Assembly: GCA_963921275.4 (NCBI GenBank)
Contig: OZ001293.3
Coordinates: 32,001 to 96,000 of the forward strand
Direction: 5' to 3'
Source: an uncultured Hormoscilla sp.
Lineage (GTDB): Bacteria; Cyanobacteriota; Cyanobacteriia; Cyanobacteriales; Desertifilaceae
DNA length: 64,000 nucleotides
A program made the translations under genes and the position numbers. A model generated the notes under the pieces. That model made no database searches, was not told the origin of the DNA, and saw only the letters and a program-made list of their open reading frames with translations. Position 1 is the first letter of the stretch. Every line of letters begins with the position of its first letter. Below are positions 54,450 to 64,000 of this stretch, in pieces.

Positions 54450-55568
54450 ATGAAAATTGATGAATTAATGATTCTTACAGACGATCGGATAGATTATAGC
54501 AGTTTATCGTCCGATACTCTCCAGGAATTGGCTTTGGGAGAAGAGTTATTTATGGCAACTTCTGCTTTGGCAGAATTAGCAACTAGAAATAGCTCTCTCG
54601 CATGCGATGTTGCGGGGGATATATTGTCCCACTCAAAGGGCGATCGCTATCTGCAAGCGACGGCGATCGAGACATTGTTTGGGCTTGACAAACGGCGGGC
54701 GATCGAGTATATGATGGAAGCAGTAGCAGAAGAGGAAGATGGTTATATATTAACTGCGATGGTGGAGCTGGCGCTCGAAAATAGATATGATTTTCAGTCA
54801 GGTATGGGAGGGAGAGTGTTTCGCTTGCTATGGTCGAAAATCAAACATACAGACTCTATTGATCGCACGCGACTAGCTTCACTCGTGCGGGGTATAGAAG
54901 CAGCAAAAAAATTGCAGCAGGATCGGATAAATTACGGAATAGAATACGTGGATATCTATGTAGATGTAGAGGGAGAATGGTGGGAAACAGACGAAAATTA
55001 CTCGGAGGAAGAAGAGAGGAAAGAAGAGATAATCTACTTTCTCGAAAGTGACGAGGAAGTCGCCGTGAGGGTAAGAAAACGGCTAAAAGCAATGTGGATA
55101 GCAGAAATAGCAGCGGAGTTAGAAAAAAGCCTCCGCCTTTCGGAAGCGGAAAGGAATTATGCCGTGAAAAACCTCTTAGCGTCTGGAGTCCAGAAGACAG
55201 GGGAGGAAAGCAAGACTGAGGAAATCGAATTACTGGATTTAGCAGCCGAATTGCTGGAGAAATTAGATGAAATATTGACAGAGTTGGCGCCAAATTCCGA
55301 CGAAGTAGCGAAGAAAGTACGAGAACGGCTGGAACAAGCCATGTCGATTTCAGAAATAGTAGCGCAGTTGGAAAAAAACCTCAGCATGTCAGACAGCGAG
55401 GAGAGAACTTGGTTAACGAAAGATATATTCCTAGGGACTGTTGCTGGAGGGGCGATCGTCCGCTCCGAAAGGGTTGCAGAAGATGAGGAAATCGAAATAC
55501 TGGATTTAGCAGAAGACTTGCTGGAGAAGTTAGACGAAATTTTCGGCGTTCTCGATACAGAGGAGTAA
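54450..55568 (+). CDS. Very acidic helical protein (HEAT-like N-terminus, duplicated C-terminal repeat), possible immunity protein
   Basis: 372-aa ORF; EEIE(L/I)LDLA(A/E)(E/D)LLEKLDEI occurs twice. Confidence 0.7.
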   Translation: MKIDELMILTDDRIDYSSLSSDTLQELALGEELFMATSALAELATRNSSLACDVAGDILSHSKGDRYLQATAIETLFGLDKRRAIEYMMEAVAEEEDGYILTAMVELALENRYDFQSGMGGRVFRLLWSKIKHTDSIDRTRLASLVRGIEAAKKLQQDRINYGIEYVDIYVDVEGEWWETDENYSEEEERKEEIIYFLESDEEVAVRVRKRLKAMWIAEIAAELEKSLRLSEAERNYAVKNLLASGVQKTGEESKTEEIELLDLAAELLEKLDEILTELAPNSDEVAKKVRERLEQAMSISEIVAQLEKNLSMSDSEERTWLTKDIFLGTVAGGAIVRSERVAEDEEIEILDLAEDLLEKLDEIFGVLDTEE

Positions 55569-55591
55569 ATCAAAAATAAACGGCGAAAAAG

Positions 55592-56218
55592 ATGAGCGAA
55601 AAAACAGACAAAGTACATTGGGTTTACAGTGCCAAGAACAATCAGGAATTAGCCAAAAGGTATGATCAATGGGCGAAGGAATACGAGCAAGATTTGCTGT
55701 CCGAGAACTATACCGGACCGGAACTGGCGGTAGAAGAATTGGTGAAATACGTCTCCAAAAATGCTAATATTTTAGATGTGGGGGCGGGGACGGGGCTAGT
55801 GGGGCAGCTTCTGCACCAGCGGGGCTACCAGAATCTAGAGGCAATGGATCTATCTGCAGGAATGCTGTCAGAAGCGCGGAAAAAGAACCTTTACAAGGAT
55901 CTCCACCAGGGAGTATTGGGCACAGCCCTAGACTTTCCCTCTGATACTTTTGATGCTATTATTAGCGTCGGCACCTTCACCTTGGGCCATGCCCCCAGCA
56001 GAGGTTTTGACGAACTGATCCGCATTACTAAGCCAGGAGGATACATTGTTTTTACCATCCGTCCAGATTATTATGAAAATAGCGATTTCAAAGACAAGCT
56101 GCCGGCACTGGAAGCGGCAGGATCGTGGCAGTTGGTAGAACAAGGAGAACCATTTCTAAATCTCCCGGAAGCCGAACCGGATATTTATTTGCAAGTCTGG
56201 GTATATAAAGTTTGCTAA
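55592..56218 (+). CDS. Class I SAM-dependent methyltransferase, copy 1
   Basis: YDQWAKEYE, ILDVGAGTGLVG and ELIRITKPGG. Confidence 0.9.
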   Translation: MSEKTDKVHWVYSAKNNQELAKRYDQWAKEYEQDLLSENYTGPELAVEELVKYVSKNANILDVGAGTGLVGQLLHQRGYQNLEAMDLSAGMLSEARKKNLYKDLHQGVLGTALDFPSDTFDAIISVGTFTLGHAPSRGFDELIRITKPGGYIVFTIRPDYYENSDFKDKLPALEAAGSWQLVEQGEPFLNLPEAEPDIYLQVWVYKVC

Positions 56219-56250
56219 TTTTTAGTAATTCCATGGAGGAGAGAAAATAA

Positions 56251-56448
56251 ATGCTGAAGCTAGAGGAAAAACATTTAACCCAGAGCGATCTCTTTCTCAC
56301 CCTGGCCGGGAAGCGCTTCCATTACATCTGGTTGTACGATCATTGTTTGTGTCCTCGGTGTCATCATCCCAGTTCGTTTCAGAAAATAAACGATCTGAGC
56401 GACGCCATGGAAATGCCAAAACCAAAATCAGTGCAGTGCCAAGATGAA
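56251..56448 (+). pseudogene. Truncated 5' copy of a gamma-butyrobetaine/TauD-like dioxygenase
   Basis: WLYDHCLCPRCHH zinc motif; ends at the intron and duplication joint. Confidence 0.8.
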
Positions 56449-57319
56449 GGATGGGGTCGAGCCGGGAATCGCTTCCCGATTCTCCCTTGAGGAACCGGAC
56501 TTGCGATTTTCACCGCATCCGGCTACTGGGTACTAGGCCCTTTTCATAGGTAGACTTAATAGGAATTACTTCCGTTAGCCCTTGCCGCCTGTCTTTTCTT
56601 CCCTTTCCTGGTTTAGCGAGTGGTTGTTCTGATAACCGTTAGTATCACCATTTTCAAGTCAGTTTTACCAGTTATCCATACCTTATCCTCCACTTGCGTT
56701 TCGGATTAGTTCCGTGGCTTTTTAGGATTACTCATTCCAGCAGCTTCCTAGTATCACCGACCCACGTCAGCGCTGGCTACCCAGCATCATCTACATTACT
56801 GTAGATGTTATCCCAGGAATTACCCCGGGCATTCGCTTCTTGGGCCATCCCTCCCCCCGTGGCTTGCGCTTAACATCTAACTTGTCCTGATGGACAGCAC
56901 ACGAGAGGTTACTTCGTTCCCTAACAACATTTCGCGATACCTTTAGGTCCACACTATACCCCGGGAGCTATTTGAGTACTATATTAGCCAGAGTCTAAAA
57001 CTAATACTAGCTACCATTTCCTTTTTGGGCCAGCGCATATAGCCTTATTTCGCTGGTTCCTTATAACGAGGCTTGCACATGTTTGCCTGCTCTAACCTTG
57101 GATATCTTTCCTAGCGGCGTCACCGGCTTAGGCTGCCAGTTATCCTACATTTGAGTCCTCGCTTAGCACCACGATGATGTCGCTTCGTAGCACCGAGGAC
57201 CGGTGTCACCCCCGTACCTGGGGGGAGGGGAATTTAACCCCCATGCGGTCAGAGTTCCCGGCTAATGAAACCGGGCTAGCGTTCCGTGTTTGACCACGTT
57301 AGGCTAGAACGAATCGCAC
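56449..57319 (-). ncRNA. ORF-less group II intron, family A copy 3 (antisense to host gene)
   Basis: Reverse complement of 5709-6579 with few changes; the empty site GATGAA|AAACTC is seen at 58291-58302. Confidence 0.95.
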
Positions 57320-57451
57320 AAACTCATTAAGGGTTGCAGAAGATGAGGAAATCGAAATACTGGATTTAGCAGAAGACTTGCTGGAGAAGTTAGACGAAAT
57401 TTTCGGCGTTCTCGATACAGAGGAGTAAATCAAAAATAAACGGCGAAAAAG

Positions 57452-58077
57452 ATGAGCGAAAAAACAGACAAAGTACATTGGGTTTACAGTGCCAAGAACA
57501 ATCAGGAATTAGCCAAAAGGTATGATCAATGGGCGAAGGAATACGAGCAAGATTTGCTGTCCGAGAACTATACCGGACCGGAACCGGCGGTAGAAGAATT
57601 GGTGAAATACGTCTCCAAAGATGCTAATATTTTAGATGTGGGGGCGGGGACGGGGCTAGTGGGGCAGCTTCTGCACCAGCGGGGCTACCAGAATCTAGAG
57701 GCAATGGATCTATCCGCAGGGATGCTGTCAGAAGCGCGGAAAAAGAACGTTTACAAGGATCTGCACCAGGGAGTATTGGGCACAGCCCTAGACTTTCCCT
57801 CAGATACCTTTGATGCTATTATTAGCGTCGGCACCTTCACCTGGGCCATGCCCCCAGCAGCGGTTTTGACGAACTGATCCGCATTACCAAGCCAGAAGGA
57901 TATATAGTTTTTACCATCCGTCCCGACTATTACGAGAATAGCGATTTCAAAGACAAGCTCCCTGCCATCGAAGCGGCAGGATCGTGGCAGTTAATAGAAC
58001 AAGGAGAACAATTTCTAAATCTCCGGAAAGCCGAACCGGATATTTATTTGCAAGTCTGGGTATATAAAGTTTGCTAA
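57452..58077 (+). pseudogene. Methyltransferase copy 2, frameshifted near 57841
   Basis: ACCTGGGCC versus ACCTTGGGCC in copy 1. Confidence 0.85.
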
Positions 58078-58104
58078 TTTTTGGTAATTCCGTCGAGAAA
58101 ATAA

Positions 58105-58750
58105 ATGCTGAAGCTAGAGGAAAAACATTTAACCCAGAGCGATCTCTTTCTCACCCTGGCCGGGAAGCGCTTCCATTACATCTGGTTGTACGACCATTGT
58201 TTGTGTCCTCGGTGTCATCATCCCAGATCGTTTCAGAAAATAAACGATCTGAGCGACGAAATGCCAAAACCAAAATCAGTGCAGTGCCAAGATGAAAAAC
58301 TCATTATTGACTGGGAAGAAGACTCCCCCCACCGCAGTATTTTTCCTCTATCTTGGCTTCTAAGTCGTGCCTACGACCCCAAACCGGAGCCCAGATTATC
58401 GGATAGGGAAAAGCAACTTTGGGACACAGCTTGGTTAGAAGCCAATCCACCAGAGTGGACTGAATATGGTTATGGTACTTTTGCATCATGAATGAATCAA
58501 CTTTCTACCCTCGGGTTTACCATCCTGCGGAAAATGCCTTGGGAGAAGTTAGAGACTTTCGTATCCGCGATCGGACCAATTTACTATCTAGGTCAATACG
58601 GACGCTACTCCACAGTTAAGGCGATCGCAAACAGTCAAGACTTGTCTCTCTCAGCAGAGGGTCATGCATTATCAGCCCATACGGATATCACCTTCCTGCT
58701 GACCCCACCCATTGTGCAACTGCTATGAAGCATCTGGGGGTGAGTCCACC
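58105..58750 (+). pseudogene. Gamma-butyrobetaine hydroxylase/TauD-like dioxygenase with a stop, truncated
   Basis: CxCxxC N-domain, TGA at 58489, LSAHTD (HxD) motif. Confidence 0.8.
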
Positions 58751-59113
58751 GAAGGAGATTGTCACGATATCGGTGCGGCCTTTCCTTGGGATCTACTGTC
58801 GGCACTCCCTCATCCTTGCTTGATTATAGAAGATGCCCATATTAATCTAGTGGGAATGTTAACATATTTTCACCAAAACGGTATTCAAAGTGGTGACTAC
58901 TTGATTGTTGAAGACACCAACAAATTACACTGGGAATTCTGGAAGGATGGTTGGGACGATCGGGAGGAAATGGAGCAAGGAGCCAAGAAAATGGATGACT
59001 TGAGGGATTGGTTGAAAAAACACGAATCCGAGTATCTGGTGGATACATACTATCAGGATATGTACGGGTATAACGGGTCAAAGAACTGGAATTAGATTCT
59101 GAAAAGGGTCTAA
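58751..59113 (+). pseudogene. C-terminal remnant of a CmcI/cephalosporin-hydroxylase-like methyltransferase
   Basis: LIIEDAH, GDYLIVEDT and YLVDTYYQDMYGYN..N*ILKRV. Confidence 0.7.
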
Positions 59114-59647
59114 TATAGCAGCGTTGGGAGCATGTCAACTTTGTAAATAAGTATTTTTGCTCTTAAACAGAATTACCTGCTAGAGCATCGGTCCAGTAGG
59201 AGTTCGTCCTTGCCCGATAGAAAAAGAAGCCTGTATAAGGTAGAATGTAGTGAGAGTAGGACAGAGGGAAAATAGTCAGGAAAAAGAAATGGCCAGAGTC
59301 AGGTATAGCAAGTCTAAATCAAAAGTGCAAACATTTTGGGGTATAGCGCGAGTTTCCCGCTCCCCTCTCCCCTCTCCCTGCGGAACTGCTCAGAGCTCCC
59401 TGCTCTGAGCTTATTGCACGACTCCTGCACGACTCACTATAGTAGGGGATACTGTGGGGTGTATGGGGGGTTTTACTCCCCATACACCCCAAACCACCAT
59501 AAATGGATGATTTTCTCCCCTCTCCCTGCGGAACTGCTCCCTCACGCGCCCGATCGCGCTGCGCGCGCGCCTGCGGCGATCGGGTAATTAACCCACAGTG
59601 ACGATATAATCAGAGAAACGATAATCGAACATCAAGGAAGAAATTTT

Positions 59648-60431
59648 ATGCCTTCTCCTTTTCCAGGGATGAACCCTTACCTAGAACATCCAGAAATCTG
59701 GCCGGGAATACATTTGTTACTCATTAGCGAGCTGACTAATTTCCTGTCTCCTCAACTGCGCTCAAAATGTTGCGGTTGAAGTGCGTATTTATGAAACCAT
59801 TGGGGAACGAGCCCTGCTGGTTGGCATTCCAAATTTAACTGTCAAAGGTTCGCAGGCGACAACTAAACAGCCAAGGAGCAATGTTGCAGTTGCAGAATCA
59901 CCAAGTCAACCCCAGACAGTAGAAGTTCCCATACCCGCAACAGTTAAGCAAGGTTATTTAGAAGTGCGAGAGGTAGCCACCAGAGAAGTAGTAACAGTCA
60001 TTGAAATACTCTCTCCCGTTAATAAACGTTCTGGGGAAGGACGCAAGCAATATGAGAGTAAACGCAATAAAGTCTTAGGCAGTTCAACTCATTTAGTGGA
60101 AATTGATTTACTGCGTAAGGGGCGAACGATGCCAGTTTATAGCAGCAATAGTCAAACTCATTACCGAATTTTAGTCAGTCGAGGGGACTGTCGTCCTCAA
60201 GCAGATTTGTATGCATTTAATTTGCGAGATACCATTCCTGCATTTACCTTACCTTTGAAGTCTGGAGATCGGGAACCATTGGTAGAGCTACAGTTATTGT
60301 TGAGTAATATATACGACTTTTGAGGATGTTACGATCTGGCAGTAGATTATACTCAAGAGCCCGTGCCGCCATTGTTGTCAGCAGATCGGGTTTGGGTCCA
60401 TAGATTGTTAACGGAGCAAAAACTGCGATAG
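59648..60431 (+). pseudogene. DUF4058 family protein with a frameshift and a stop
   Basis: MPSPFPGMNPYLE / VIEILSPVNK..HLVEIDLLR. Confidence 0.85.
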
Positions 60432-60752
60432 TGTCCTGAAAAATATTTGGTAAATTAATGTGTAACCGACTGGTGTTGTCGGGAGGTTCTTGCGTCACAG
60501 TCTCACATTCGTCCGCCGTAACTTTTACCCACCCTCAACCCCTTGGCAGTTCTCTGGTATTCGTCCCTGTCGTTTTCCTTAACCGAGAGGTATTGATAGA
60601 GTTACCTCATCGGTGCATTCGGCTTACAGTTTTCTGGGACGATCCGTATCGCGATCGCGTTATCGAATGCATTCCCTGACCTGTACGCACAAATTGCGCC
60701 CCGGAGGCGAATAGATGTACAATCAGGTGCTCAGAGCGAGATCTGGATACAG

Positions 60753-61499
60753 ATGCAAAAAATAATTGAAGTTTTACCGGATAAGACAGGGCTGATAGAA
60801 AGGGCCCTAGCAGTAGTCCTAGATAAGATGCAAAGTGCCTTCCAGTCGCGAGGCACTTGTACCATAGCCCTTGCTGGCGGCAGTACCCCCAAGCCTCTGT
60901 ATGAAGCCCTGGCGGCCCAAGATTTACCCTGGGAGAAAATTCACGTGTTTTGGGGCGACGAACGCTATGTGCCACCGTCCCATCCAGATAGTAACGCCGG
61001 CATGGCCCGGAGTGCTTGGCTCGGCGGGGTAGACATGCCAGCAGCTAATATCCACCCCATGCCCACGGATGGAGACTCTCCCGCAGGGGATGCAGTCAAA
61101 CATGATGCCCAGTTGCGGGAGTTTTTCGGATTACCGGTCGGAGAGTTCCCAGCTTTTGATGTCATATTGCTGGGCATGGGAGACGATGGCCATACCGCTT
61201 CCCTGTTTCCCCACACAGAAGCTTTAAATGTGCGCGATCGGCTAGTAACGGTGGGCAATAAAGACGGTACTCCTAGGATTACCTTTGCAGTACCGCTCAT
61301 AAATCAGGCTCGCTGCGTACTATTTATGGTTGCTGGCGCTAATAAAAAACTGGCCCTGGCCCAAATATTTGCACCGGCAGCAGATGAAAGGGCCTATCCA
61401 GCCCGTATGATTCAACCCCAGGGAGAACTATGGTGGCTGTTGGATGAGGCGGCGGGTTCAGAGATGCAGCGATCGTCGAGTTGCCCCGTCGATTGTTAA
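60753..61499 (+). CDS. pgl: 6-phosphogluconolactonase
   Basis: ALAGGSTP, WGDERYVP and LLGMGDDGHTASLFP. Confidence 0.95.
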   Translation: MQKIIEVLPDKTGLIERALAVVLDKMQSAFQSRGTCTIALAGGSTPKPLYEALAAQDLPWEKIHVFWGDERYVPPSHPDSNAGMARSAWLGGVDMPAANIHPMPTDGDSPAGDAVKHDAQLREFFGLPVGEFPAFDVILLGMGDDGHTASLFPHTEALNVRDRLVTVGNKDGTPRITFAVPLINQARCVLFMVAGANKKLALAQIFAPAADERAYPARMIQPQGELWWLLDEAAGSEMQRSSSCPVDC

Positions 61500-61622
61500 A
61501 ATCAGACTGTCCGTATCCCTTGCGGGAGCGCAGCCATGGCACGACTAACCCGCCCTAAAGGGTCGGGCTACACAAACAAAGCCCGCCTGCGCGGGCTAAG
61601 AATTTTTAGACTACTAACAAAT

Positions 61623-62375
61623 ATGATTGTCTGCCCTAATTGCAATCACTCTAACCCTGACGGGGCTCAAGCCTGCGAAGCTTGTTTAACACCTTTACCA
61701 TCTATGACTAATTGTCCTAAATGTGGGGCCACGATACAAGCGGATGCTAAATTCTGCAGTAGCTGTGGCTATGGACTACAACCAGCAGCTGAAGCAGATG
61801 AAAACGAAACCCCGGTTAATTCCACGAACCTTGGGGAAAATGCCATGCCTAGTTCAGATTTAGAAATGTCTGCACAGCAATTAGAACCAACTATCAGCGT
61901 CCAACCAGTTGCTGGCGAGGTGGAAACCGAAACTACTGAAACCAGTAGTAGCCCCCCGGCATCAGTAGCACCAAAAGTGCCAGCAACATCAATCTCAACC
62001 CAGACAGTGGCGCCAGCGGCAAGCAATGCCCAAACTCAGCTACAACAGCAAAGTGCGAGGCTATTGCACGTCAGAACTAATCAGTCGATCGAATTACCGC
62101 AGCACTTATCGGTAATTCATGTAGGGAAGCCGAATGATAAAGTGCAGCCGGATATAGATGTGTCGGGATTCGCAGATTCAGATGTGGTTTCCCGGATTCA
62201 TGCGAATCTGAGGATGGAGGGAGATGGCTACTATATTGAAGATGTGGGCAGCGCCAATGGCACTTACATTAACAATATGCCCTTAGCAGTGGGCAATAGG
62301 CACCGCTTGCGAGCGGGCGATCGGATTTCTTTAGGGAAAAATGACCTGGTGACGTTTTTGTTCCAGATATCATAA
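61623..62375 (+). CDS. Double zinc-ribbon plus FHA domain protein
   Basis: CPNC/CEAC/CPKC/CSSC; VSRIHA and GSANGTYIN. Confidence 0.9.
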   Translation: MIVCPNCNHSNPDGAQACEACLTPLPSMTNCPKCGATIQADAKFCSSCGYGLQPAAEADENETPVNSTNLGENAMPSSDLEMSAQQLEPTISVQPVAGEVETETTETSSSPPASVAPKVPATSISTQTVAPAASNAQTQLQQQSARLLHVRTNQSIELPQHLSVIHVGKPNDKVQPDIDVSGFADSDVVSRIHANLRMEGDGYYIEDVGSANGTYINNMPLAVGNRHRLRAGDRISLGKNDLVTFLFQIS

Positions 62376-62467
62376 GCTGGCACATAGGATATATTGTAGC
62401 AGCATCCATTGGTGCCAAATGGTACCAATAGGCTCCTGCCGATTACACAGAACTGAAAACTGCCGAT

Positions 62468-62845
62468 GTGATTACCCTAACCCTTTTGCATCCACTTCAG
62501 GATACACCGGTTCAAAATTGGACTTTTGAAAAAGAACCGGTGATTAGGATTGGACGATCTACCGATAATAATGTGATTCTCTACAGTGCTGTGGTATCCC
62601 GCCACCACCTAGAGTTACGGCGTGGGGAAGATTCCCAGTGGGAACTGCGGAATTTAGGCACGAATGGGACTTATCTGGATGGTAAGCGTATAACTCAAGT
62701 GAGCGTAGTGGATGGAAAGGTGATTCGTCTAGCTCGCTCTGGCCCTAAAATCAAAATCAGCATTGATGCCACAACAGGGACGAAACACCAGCGGTTGCCG
62801 CCACGGCTCTCAAATGGGATGAACGCAGATGGAAATAATGGATAA
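62468..62845 (+). CDS. FHA domain protein, probably the truncated N-terminus of a larger gene
   Basis: IGRS, VSRHH and GTNGT; the ORF ends inside repeats. Confidence 0.75.
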   Translation: MITLTLLHPLQDTPVQNWTFEKEPVIRIGRSTDNNVILYSAVVSRHHLELRRGEDSQWELRNLGTNGTYLDGKRITQVSVVDGKVIRLARSGPKIKISIDATTGTKHQRLPPRLSNGMNADGNNG

Positions 62846-63129
62846 TTAACCACAGATGAACACAGATGAACAGAGATTTTTATTTTTTGGATTTTGTTTC
62901 TTGAGCAGGGATGGAGTCACGGACACTCCCCGTCATTCCTGTCACCTTTTCTCGTCATTCCCTGTCACTTCCTCGAAGGCAGGAGGAAAGCGGGAATCCA
63001 GAGATGAAACCACAGACGGGCATAATTGACAATTGGCAATTGATAATGGATAATTGTTTAACTAACCACAGATGAACACAGATTGAATCAAACCTACTGG
63101 GATACGAGCCACCAGGAGTAATATATACT

Positions 63130-64000
63130 ATGACACAATCACACAATATCCAGGCGATACTCAAAGATACAAATTACCGTCTTGGTCTGTTTTCAGACGA
63201 TGAAATCACCGATTTAAGCCGGGAAATTTTCACCAAGGTTGTTCGCGGGAAAAATGTCCCATTTATTCTTTGTATTGTTCGCGAAAAGGATATTCAGCTC
63301 AAGCCGGAGTAAATTGTCCGCCAACTTTACGTAGCCAGACTGATTCATGACTATGGCTATCCCAAAAAACGCCTCGCCTTTGAACATCCGGTTAATTTTG
63401 GACGGGAAAAGAAAAGTGCAGACATCGTCGTTTTTGATAAAGATCGTATCGACACCCCGTACATTATTGTCGAACTAAAAAAACCCAAACTCAAAAATGG
63501 AAAAGATCAGCTTAAATCATACTGCAATGCTACAGGAGCACCGATTGGAGTTTGGACGAATGGTGAGCAGATCTCTCACTATAACCGCAAAGACCCCAAT
63601 CATTTTGAAGACATCACGGATATCCCCAAGGCAGATCAAACCCTCAAGGATATTCTGAGTGAGCGTTTCACCCTGAAAGACTTGCTTATCAAAGACAAGA
63701 TAGCTAATGAACGCAAATCCCTGAAAGATCTCATTCTGGAAATGGAAGATGAAGTGTTGGCAAACGCGGGGGTTGATGTTTTTGAAGTGGTGTTCAAACT
63801 TATTTTTACAAAGCTTTATGATGAATTTTTAAGCAAGGGGGACAAGAATAATATCAATTTCTACCTTGAACAGAATCTTGATGATGCCGAGCGCGGAGAT
63901 TATGACAATATCAGGGAATCTCTTGAAAAACTAAATGATCAAAAATTCCGTGTCATGGAGTTCAGAAATACAGGGCAAACAGATACCGAGCTTAAAAACA
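63130..64000 (+). pseudogene. Type I-like restriction-modification HsdR_N/N6-methylase gene, in-frame TAA at 63310, runs off the window
   Basis: KPE*IVRQLY..YGYP..ADIVVF..IVELKKP..QLKSYCNATGA..WTNG. Confidence 0.8.

Larger units (their letters stand above)
55469..58306 (+). repeat. Tandem duplication of about 980 bp (55469-57329 including the intron; 57330-58306)
   Basis: The acidic-gene tail, methyltransferase and 5' dioxygenase are all repeated, with SNPs and indels. Confidence 0.9.

Overview
Chromosomal window from a filamentous (Oscillatoriales-like) cyanobacterium: HIP1 (GCGATCGC) is dense and the gene set is typical. Intact housekeeping genes (argH, ftsY, nusB, pgl, tRNA-Ala(CGC), PP2C, DUF502, two glycosyltransferases) sit among roughly 25 pseudogenes or remnants. 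These include an amino-acid ABC operon, rtcB with an intein, an NRPS-PKS cluster, TauD/CmcI tailoring genes and a type I RM gene. The pattern suggests genome erosion as in a host-associated lineage (inference), although some single-base frameshifts could be sequencing errors. The ORF track misses four ORF-less group II introns: three near-identical 871-nt copies and one 942-nt relative. Empty-site comparisons show that all four end in ...CC, not the canonical AY. Other mobile DNA includes an IS607 with a rearranged-RuvC (pro-Fanzor-type) TnpB inside a two-module ECF sigma gene, an intact IS982, ISL3 debris and two MITEs. Several families of 18-50-bp dispersed repeats insert in frame into genes, nest in each other and mark deletion joints. 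A tRNA-like RNA behind a strong promoter precedes an uncharacterised toxin/immunity-like gene pair.
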